Origin: a virus
Lineage: Duplodnaviria; Caudoviricetes
IMG/VR virus record: IMGVR_UViG_3300033069_001491
Coordinates: 1-64,000 of that record
DNA: 64,000 nt
Reading direction: 5' to 3' (one strand)
Part shown: positions 55,428 to 62,469 of the stretch, one piece after another
Numbering within the stretch: position 1 is the first letter of the stretch
Layout of the letters: each line of letters opens with the position of its first letter
The notes under the pieces: generated by a model
What the model was told of the DNA's origin: nothing
Seen by the model: only the letters and a program-made list of their open reading frames with translations
Databases searched by the model: none
Position numbers and translations under genes: made by a program

Positions 55428-56486
55428 ATGTCACGCACACTCATTATTGGAGGCACCGGTTCGTTGGGTCGCAAGTTGATCGAACGTCTGTTGCCACTTG
55501 GCGACGTTGCCGTCTATTCACGTGACGAGGCGAAACACTGGACGATCCGAAACGAACTACAGACTAATTCGTTGTCTGACCGCCGCGGTGCCCTAGAGTT
55601 CTACGTAGGTGACGTCCGCGATCCTCGGCGGGTGACCGACGTCATCAGACAGTACCGACCTGAGACCATCATCGTGGCGGCTGCTTTGAAGCAGGTTGAC
55701 ACCTGTGAGCTAAGTCCGTCAGAAAGCGTGTTGACCAACCTGATCGGCACTCAGAACGTCACGGATGCTGTCAATACACTGCCAATGGCGCATGGGATCA
55801 CCGTCCTGTTCGTCAGCACCGATAAGGCGTGCGCGCCTGTCAACGTTTACGGCATGTGCAAGGCCATCTCTGAACGGATCGTCACCAGTCAGGCTCGCAC
55901 CGAGCCCGGCACGGCTCGGTTCATGGCTGTCCGCTACGGCAATGTCCTGGAGTCGAGAGGCAGCATCATCCCGCTCTTCAAATACCAGGCAGAACACGCT
56001 GACTTCATCACAGTCACCGATCCTGACATGACACGGTTTGTCATGACGCTTTCGGGCGCCGTGGATCTGATCCAACTGGCGCTGAAACACGGTAATTCTG
56101 GTGAAACGTGGATCCCGGTGCTGCCCTCGATGCGTATCGGCGACCTAGCCGAGATTTTTTCGGAGAGCTCAGGTAAGCCAATCAAGATCATCGGCCTGCG
56201 CCCCGGTGAGAAGCTGCACGAAGACTTGATCAATGAATCAGAATCACACCGTGTTGATCGTTGGTCGTCTCCTGAGTACGCTGGTGTTGGGTTTGTCACC
56301 AACTTTATCATCAAACCAGCCTACCTCGCCGGGACAGCAAAGAAGTTCACTTATGCCAGCAGCGACTCCGTCCTGCCGAAGGACGTATTGAATGACCATT
56401 TGACAAAGTTGGGGATTCTTGCCAGGCCTCTCGAGCAGTTTAAGGGTCTGACCATCGAAGAGATCATTACTAGCAGGAAGTCATGA
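55428..56486 (+). CDS. UDP-N-acetylglucosamine 4,6-dehydratase (PseB/CapD family)
   Basis: IIGGTGSLG, YSRDEAK, GDVRD, AAALKQV, STDKAC.PVNVYGMCK, RYGNV..SRGS, GLRPGEKLHE. Confidence 0.9.
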   Translation: MSRTLIIGGTGSLGRKLIERLLPLGDVAVYSRDEAKHWTIRNELQTNSLSDRRGALEFYVGDVRDPRRVTDVIRQYRPETIIVAAALKQVDTCELSPSESVLTNLIGTQNVTDAVNTLPMAHGITVLFVSTDKACAPVNVYGMCKAISERIVTSQARTEPGTARFMAVRYGNVLESRGSIIPLFKYQAEHADFITVTDPDMTRFVMTLSGAVDLIQLALKHGNSGETWIPVLPSMRIGDLAEIFSESSGKPIKIIGLRPGEKLHEDLINESESHRVDRWSSPEYAGVGFVTNFIIKPAYLAGTAKKFTYASSDSVLPKDVLNDHLTKLGILARPLEQFKGLTIEEIITSRKS

Positions 56487-57634
56487 CGAAGACGTATCCT
56501 CTGTTTAAGGTCCATGCTCCTGTTGAAGATGCATTGCATCAACTGGAACTAGTGCTGCGCTCTGGTTTCATCAATGAAGGTGCCCAGGTCGTTGAATTGA
56601 CTGCGGCCCTGCAGAAGAAACTCGATGCCGAAAGGTTGCTACTGACCAACAGCGGTACTAGCGCCCTTACGTTGGCCTTGAAAATGTCGGGCGTGGGCCC
56701 TGGAGACGAAGTCATCAGCACACCGATGACCTGCGTGGCGACCAATACGCCCATCGTCAGCTTGGGTGCAAATGTCGTCTGGGCTGACGTCGACCCCGAC
56801 AACGGCATGGTGGCGATTGACAGCGTCGTTCGGTTGCTCAACGCTCGGCCTAATGTGAAGGCTGTGATGGCGGTCGCCTGGGCTGGCACCCCGCCCGACC
56901 TGGAACGTCTATCGTTCGTCCGTCGCTCGGGCCGCAAGTTGATCCTCGATGCCGCCCACGCGTTCGACGCGTGGTACCGGGGAATGCCGATCCACAGGTG
57001 GGCAGACTACACCTGCTACAGCTTCCAGGCCATCAAACACTTCACCACGGGTGACGGCGGCGCGTTGGTCTGCGACAGCCACGCCGACTTCCAGCGCGCT
57101 AAGGCCTTGAAGTGGTTCGGACTCGACCGTGACCGGGCCAAGGACGCCGACGGCAACTGGAAGGGCCAACAGTGGGATGTCGACATCGTGGAGGCCGGTT
57201 ATAAGTTCAACATGAACAACGTGGCTGCCGCAATCGGTCTGTCCCAGTTGAAGCACATCGACAAGGTGATGGCTCTCCACCGGCGTAATGCTGCTCTCTA
57301 TGATGAAATGTTGCGTGACTACGTGGCATTTCACCCGGCGAAGCGCCCAGAAGGGGCGGAGTCTAGCTTCTGGGTCTACACTGTGAGGCTTGACCCGCAG
57401 AATTGTCAGATGCAGCGAGATGACCTACTGAAGGCGCTCAACGCTGAAGGTATCATGGCCGGTGTCGTTCACGTGCCCAATGATGACTATACGTGCTTTG
57501 CGGGATCTCGTGACCTCAACCTGCCCGGGCTTCGCAGCTTCGCTGACAATCAGTTGTCACTGCCATGTGGTTGGTGGATGACCGAGGACGATGTCCGCTA
57601 CGTAGCCCGCCGATTCATCGAGGTCGCCCGATGA
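56483..57634 (+). CDS. DegT/DnrJ/EryC1/StrS-family PLP-dependent sugar aminotransferase
   Basis: NSGTSAL, TCVAT, DAAHA, SFQAIKHFTTGDGG (PLP lysine), GYKFNMNNVAAAIG, LSLP. Confidence 0.93.
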   Translation: MTKTYPLFKVHAPVEDALHQLELVLRSGFINEGAQVVELTAALQKKLDAERLLLTNSGTSALTLALKMSGVGPGDEVISTPMTCVATNTPIVSLGANVVWADVDPDNGMVAIDSVVRLLNARPNVKAVMAVAWAGTPPDLERLSFVRRSGRKLILDAAHAFDAWYRGMPIHRWADYTCYSFQAIKHFTTGDGGALVCDSHADFQRAKALKWFGLDRDRAKDADGNWKGQQWDVDIVEAGYKFNMNNVAAAIGLSQLKHIDKVMALHRRNAALYDEMLRDYVAFHPAKRPEGAESSFWVYTVRLDPQNCQMQRDDLLKALNAEGIMAGVVHVPNDDYTCFAGSRDLNLPGLRSFADNQLSLPCGWWMTEDDVRYVARRFIEVAR

Positions 57635-58173
57635 CACGTGCGGCTCTCACGCCTGGTATGCAACTGAGGCCTGTCCACGATGACGATCATCCTTGGTTGG
57701 TTGATCTGCACAATGACCCGGTCGTCCTACACAACATGACGGACCCGCGTCCGATCACCATGGCAAGCCACCTCGACTGGTTTCGAGCTGTGATGGCAGA
57801 CAGCAACCAGATGCGCTTGATCTTTGAGGTCGATGGAACACGCGTGGGCTTTGCCAAGTTCTACGCCTACGACAGGCCCAACCGATGCCGAGCACTTGGT
57901 GCAGACATTCACAAGGATTTTCGTGGCAAGGGTCTGGCCAAACCCATGTGGACCATGATGCTTGATGCTTGTTTCGATCCGATCGTTGGGAATGGCTTGC
58001 ATAGGGCAAGCCTGACGACGGCCGAATACAACAACGTCGCACGTAAGGTCTATCGGGACCTGGGCTTTGTGACTGAAGGACGACTGATCCAGTCGCTTTG
58101 CCGAGACGGCAAGTTCTACGATCAGATCAACATGTACATGTTGAAGAGCGATTGGGAATCTAGAAAGTCATGA
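57631..58173 (+). CDS. GNAT N-acetyltransferase (PseH/RimJ-like)
   Basis: DIHKDFRGKGLA, NNVARKVYRDLGF..EG; ATGA-coupled to the aminotransferase. Confidence 0.85.
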   Translation: MTRAALTPGMQLRPVHDDDHPWLVDLHNDPVVLHNMTDPRPITMASHLDWFRAVMADSNQMRLIFEVDGTRVGFAKFYAYDRPNRCRALGADIHKDFRGKGLAKPMWTMMLDACFDPIVGNGLHRASLTTAEYNNVARKVYRDLGFVTEGRLIQSLCRDGKFYDQINMYMLKSDWESRKS

Positions 58174-58295
58174 GAAGCCTGTTCGTCATTCATGCCAGCC
58201 TTTGGGACGTAGTTGTCCTGGTGTTGGTGGCTGGCTTCGGTCTCCTATACTTCATTATCTGGTCCCCTGGTGCTTTGTTCCGAGGTAAGAAGTGA
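58170..58295 (+). CDS. 41-aa single-pass membrane peptide (not in the track)
   Basis: MRSLFVIHASLWDVVVLVLVAGFGLLYFIIWSPGALFRGKK; ATGA and GTGA overlaps fill the gap exactly. Confidence 0.7.
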   Translation: MRSLFVIHASLWDVVVLVLVAGFGLLYFIIWSPGALFRGKK

Positions 58296-59008
58296 CGCCT
58301 AAGATTTTTGTCGGCACGATGTATTGCGGGGAGGGCGACCTACCCGAGTGCCTAGAGGCAGTTCTATCGCAGAAGGACGTCAGCGTCAAGCAGATCATCA
58401 TCCGCGACATGCAGGAGAAGGCCGCACACAATGCGCTGTGGGCCGCCTGGCGTGAGGCAAAGTGCTCACACGACTTGTTCGTCAAGGTTGACGCTGACAC
58501 GGTCCTGGCACACGATGGCGTGTTGCGCTCTTTCTGGGACTTGTTCCAGTCCAATCCGCGGATCACAGGGGCGCAAGCGCCCCTCAATGACTATTTCACG
58601 GCCGGTCGCATCAACGGCCTTAACTGCTTCAGTCCGAAGGTCACTTTTCGCGATACCACAGACGAACTGTTCTGCGATCGACAGGTCGACGTTGACCATG
58701 ATGTGGTGATCCGTTCGGACCAGGTGGGTGACGCCCTGCAACCCGCAGGCTATCACTGTTATCGAGCGAATGACGCTCAGGCGTTCCACTTTGGGCTACA
58801 CCGAGCCTTGAAGCGACAGGTCAACACAATCGCACAGGTTCGGCAAGCGTACAAACGAGAAGGTGGCAGGCCGCGTGCACTTGCGTTGATTGGGGCCCAA
58901 ATGTCTCCCAATTTCGCCGCAGGTGGTTTCAACTACTCCGACGAGCGTTTCAAGGTTGCTTTGGATGGGGTCGTGAGAAGATTCGAAGAGTTGGTGAAGG
59001 ACCTGTGA
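58292..59008 (+). CDS. Glycosyltransferase (GT-A)-like
   Basis: VGTMYCGE and FVKVDADTVL DxD motif. Confidence 0.7.
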   Translation: MTPKIFVGTMYCGEGDLPECLEAVLSQKDVSVKQIIIRDMQEKAAHNALWAAWREAKCSHDLFVKVDADTVLAHDGVLRSFWDLFQSNPRITGAQAPLNDYFTAGRINGLNCFSPKVTFRDTTDELFCDRQVDVDHDVVIRSDQVGDALQPAGYHCYRANDAQAFHFGLHRALKRQVNTIAQVRQAYKREGGRPRALALIGAQMSPNFAAGGFNYSDERFKVALDGVVRRFEELVKDL

Positions 59009-59922
59009 CGAAACGTGTGATCGACCTGGTCGATAGCATCGAGTATACGACGACCAACTGTTTCGCCCATCAGTTGCACGCAACAATTCATGAGGTGAAT
59101 CCGACCACCCAAACGGTCGCACTCAATGACATTGAGAACTATCCTCGTCCCGATCGCGTCATCTGTCGTCTGAAGCAGCGAACGTTGTGTCGTTGTACAG
59201 ATCGTCTTCAGCGGTGGATGGGCGACACACCCATCGTAATTTTCGACCAGGACCCATGGGAAGCGTTCCGCGACGGTAGCCCGTTCAAAGGAACATACGA
59301 ACGTGCCGTCGAAAAACTCAACGTGCTGACGTTCGCTGTCACTACCAAACGGTGGGCCGACCTGATCGCTGATCGCGGGCTGCCTTCTACCTTCGTCAGG
59401 ATGTGGGTGCAACAGCGCTACGTCGCTCGCGGCCCAGCGTACCTGGATCGTCCGATTGAAGTTGGCTTCGTGGGGGCACTCCACCCGTACCGTCAACGGC
59501 TCTTCGAGCGACTTGAGCAGATGGGGACAAAGGTCACCGTCTTCACTGGTAGGGCGCTGCCCTATCCACAGTACGTAGAGGCCTTGTCCAGGATCCGCGT
59601 CTTCATCCACTGCGAGGACGCCCCTGTCGTCGTCGACGGCAAGGAGGAGAACCTGAGGGATGGCCTGTGGATCAAGGACGTAGAGGCCGGCGCACGTGGC
59701 TGCTTCTCCGTCCGAAACGCCGGTGCTGGACGTGACACATATTGCGCTGACATCGATACGATTCTCACCTACGACACCCCTCGTGAGGTGCCAGAGCTCC
59801 TGCATGCCATCTCGAATATGGACCCATACGAGAGACAGGCTACCATTGACCGGTCCGTCGAATATATCGAGCGGACCAACAAGTGGCACGAAACGGCCCT
59901 CACATTGCTCATGGACACTTGA
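59005..59922 (+). CDS. CgeB/YkvP-like glycosyltransferase
   Basis: IEVGFVGALHPYRQRLFERL, Y.EAL...., EAGARGCF; locus context. Confidence 0.6.
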   Translation: MTKRVIDLVDSIEYTTTNCFAHQLHATIHEVNPTTQTVALNDIENYPRPDRVICRLKQRTLCRCTDRLQRWMGDTPIVIFDQDPWEAFRDGSPFKGTYERAVEKLNVLTFAVTTKRWADLIADRGLPSTFVRMWVQQRYVARGPAYLDRPIEVGFVGALHPYRQRLFERLEQMGTKVTVFTGRALPYPQYVEALSRIRVFIHCEDAPVVVDGKEENLRDGLWIKDVEAGARGCFSVRNAGAGRDTYCADIDTILTYDTPREVPELLHAISNMDPYERQATIDRSVEYIERTNKWHETALTLLMDT

Positions 59923-59976
59923 AACAGGCCACCCAACACGTGATTTACTGTCATTGGACAGGAATTATGATTTTAC

Positions 59977-60714
59977 GTGTTTCTCCGACAGTGTCCTAAT
60001 TGTGATGCAGATATCGTCTATGCGTCTCACAAAACCTACACGGTGGCATGTAGACGACGTACGTCGTGTATTTCGTGCAGATCAAAACAACGTAGAGCGA
60101 AATACTCTCATCACAGTGATGAGACTCGAGTAAAGATGTCAGTTTCTCACTCGGGTGAAAAGAATCACTTCTTCGGTAAAACCCACTCTGAACTCACTCG
60201 TCAAATCATCGGTGTAAAGACAAGGGAGCGAGATCAAAGCGGAAAACGCAATCCGTTTTTTGGACGTCAACATTCTTCTGAGACACGCACGCGAATGTCA
60301 AAAACACGTGCAGACGGTCTCGCGTCAGGTCGCATCATTAACACCAACGAGTATGGTAACAAGTCATGGTACGTCTCCAGTAAGACGAATGAAAGGGTGC
60401 GATGTGACTCTACGCTTGAAAAATTCCGAATGATTCAGCTCGATCGAGATGTCACCGTAAGTGATTGGTCGAAGCGACACGGAATCAAAATCGCCTATCT
60501 GTTTAATGGTGAGGTGAAACACTACGTGCCGGATTTCCTGATCACTACAATTACAGGTGAGAAGATCCTAGAAGAAGTGAAGGGTTATGATGTTAAAGCA
60601 TCTCAAAAGTACCAAGCACTTCAGAAGTACTGCGAAGAGAATTGTCTGACCGCTCGATGGATCACGCAAACAGAACTCGAACGGCAAGGTTATCGTAACT
60701 TCAAGGAAAACTGA
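59977..60714 (+). mobile_element. TnsA-like putative homing endonuclease with NUMOD3 repeats
   Basis: HSDETRVKMS, NHFFGKTHS, NPFFGRQHSSETRTRMS; CDSTLE..M..LD..YVPDFLI..EEVKG; TATGAT-5 nt-GTG. Confidence 0.82.
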
Positions 60715-61724
60715 TGAAATCGATTGCATGCATTGGTCAAGGATTCGTAGGCGGGTCTCTGACGACCGTCTTCTCTGAACGTGGGTTTACTGTCTATGTC
60801 TATGACAAGGCGGGAAAGGTTGCCCCGGGTGGCAACCCGATCCTAGAGGTAGTTCCGGGTCTTGGTGATGCTCGCCGCGCGGCGGAGCTTGCCGGTTTGA
60901 AACCGATCCGTGAAGCGGCGGAGCCAACTGCCATTCAGGCGTTCGTCACTCTTTGTGAGGCAGAGGCTGGCTTCTCTAACGTCTATTTCGTCTGCCTACC
61001 CACCCCGATGTACGAGGATGGGTCAGCCGACTTGTCGATCGTGGAAGGGGTGCTCAACGAACTGGCCTCCGTCGACGGGAAGCGAGTCGCCGTCGTCAAG
61101 TCGACGGTGCCACCTGGCACCACTGAGCGTTGGAACGAGCTATTCAAGACGACGGGCCTCCGTGTCGTCTTCAACCCGGAATTCTTGACGGAGGCCAACG
61201 CCCTCGACGACATGCGGAACCAGGACCGCATCATCCTGGGAGGTCCACGGCCTTGGATCAATGACGTCAAGCTGGTTTTCGGGACGGCCTTCCCGAAGGT
61301 TCCTATCATCAAGACGTCATCGACGACCGCGGAGATGGTCAAGTACACCATCAATTGCTTCCTCAGCGTCAAGGTTGCCTTCGCCAACGAGGTGGCCCAG
61401 GTGTGCGAGGGCCTTGATGCCAAGGGCCTCAATATTGACTATGACAAGGTGGTTGAGTACGCCAAACTCGACAAGCGCCTTGGCGGCTCTCACTGGGCGG
61501 TGCCAGGTCCAGTGCCCACTCATGACGGTCGCTACGTTAGGGGCTTTGGTGGGCACTGCTTCCCGAAGGACCTCAATGCGTTGGTTGCTGTTGCTGAGGA
61601 GTTGAAGGTTGATATGAAGGTACTGAAGGCTTCCTGGGCCAAGAACCTCGAGGTACGCCCACCCGCTGACCGTGATTGGGAACACATGGTCGGGCGTGCC
61701 GTCAGCAGGAAGAAGCAAGGATGA
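60714..61724 (+). CDS. ugd: UDP-glucose/GDP-mannose 6-dehydrogenase family (short form)
   Basis: IGQGFVG, VCLPTP, KSTVPPGTT, FNPEFLTE, AEMVKY..N, GFGGHCFPKD. Confidence 0.9.
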   Translation: MKSIACIGQGFVGGSLTTVFSERGFTVYVYDKAGKVAPGGNPILEVVPGLGDARRAAELAGLKPIREAAEPTAIQAFVTLCEAEAGFSNVYFVCLPTPMYEDGSADLSIVEGVLNELASVDGKRVAVVKSTVPPGTTERWNELFKTTGLRVVFNPEFLTEANALDDMRNQDRIILGGPRPWINDVKLVFGTAFPKVPIIKTSSTTAEMVKYTINCFLSVKVAFANEVAQVCEGLDAKGLNIDYDKVVEYAKLDKRLGGSHWAVPGPVPTHDGRYVRGFGGHCFPKDLNALVAVAEELKVDMKVLKASWAKNLEVRPPADRDWEHMVGRAVSRKKQG

Positions 61725-61924
61725 GTCGAGTGCGCATCCAGATGTCGCGAGAATTCCTGTTGGGTGCTCTCGACCGCCTGTCGAGGCATGCTAGTGTGCC
61801 CGTCGCCTTCATTGCCGAAGTTGACGGGCGCAATGCCAACGTGCAAGGACACGTGGCGTCCAATCCGGAAGACGACACGTTGACATTTACCCTCGAAGTG
61901 CCATCCGTGAGGCCTGCTCAGTAG
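61721..61924 (+). CDS. Small hypothetical protein
   Basis: ATGA-coupled to ugd; AAGG RBS. Confidence 0.55.
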   Translation: MSRVRIQMSREFLLGALDRLSRHASVPVAFIAEVDGRNANVQGHVASNPEDDTLTFTLEVPSVRPAQ

Positions 61925-62337
61925 GTCTTCTCGGCCTCGGCATCATAGATGACGTTCAGTTCATCGTCAGTCAAGTCACCCAAGTACTGTTTGAGCCTCA
62001 CCGCATCATCACGTTCCAGTTTGGCACCGTTGAGCGCATAAGGCAGCCAATTGCTGACACGCCCACCCGAAGCGTCGTAGTCAATCAACACTTCGTGCTC
62101 GACGTTGCAAGTGCCGTCAGGCTCCATTTCGTTGTCGGTGATGTTCATCGCCTGGCGGATCCACGGCGTCACCACCATCGGGAATTCCCGATAGATCCCG
62201 ACCATCAAGGCAGCCTCTGCGGGAGGAGCCTTTCGAGCGGGGTGTTGCAGTTCGAACGGTTCTCTTCCACCGATAGTGTTTGCAGGAGATTCAGACACCA
62301 AGCGAACATACTCTCGAAGCAACATCACAGGATCCAT
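61918..62337 (-). CDS. Hypothetical protein with N-terminal LLREYVRLVxE motif
   Basis: Probable ATG 62337, 7 nt after CTACCTA (62345-62351). Confidence 0.65.
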   Translation of the reverse strand: MDPVMLLREYVRLVSESPANTIGGREPFELQHPARKAPPAEAALMVGIYREFPMVVTPWIRQAMNITDNEMEPDGTCNVEHEVLIDYDASGGRVSNWLPYALNGAKLERDDAVRLKQYLGDLTDDELNVIYDAEAEKTY

Positions 62338-62469
62338 CGTACCATAGGTAGGCATTCTTGTGAACAAGAAGCTTCTAGTAGTATAGGCTAGTGATGAGTG
62401 GTGGGCCTATTACCCAGGTCCAATGACATCAGAAAAGAGGTCATTGGGCGTCAATGCCGAAAGTGAGAC

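Noticed and set aside
5131-60714. Tn7-like transposon or CAST suggested by TnsA-like domains
   Set aside because: No TnsB DDE transposase, TnsC ATPase, TniQ/TnsD, Cas genes or terminal repeats; the genes are dispersed singly.
62355-62376. NrtR or NiaR operator upstream of NAMPT
   Set aside because: The palindromes do not fit the consensus I can recall for these regulators, and no such regulator is in the window; kept only as an unassigned element.
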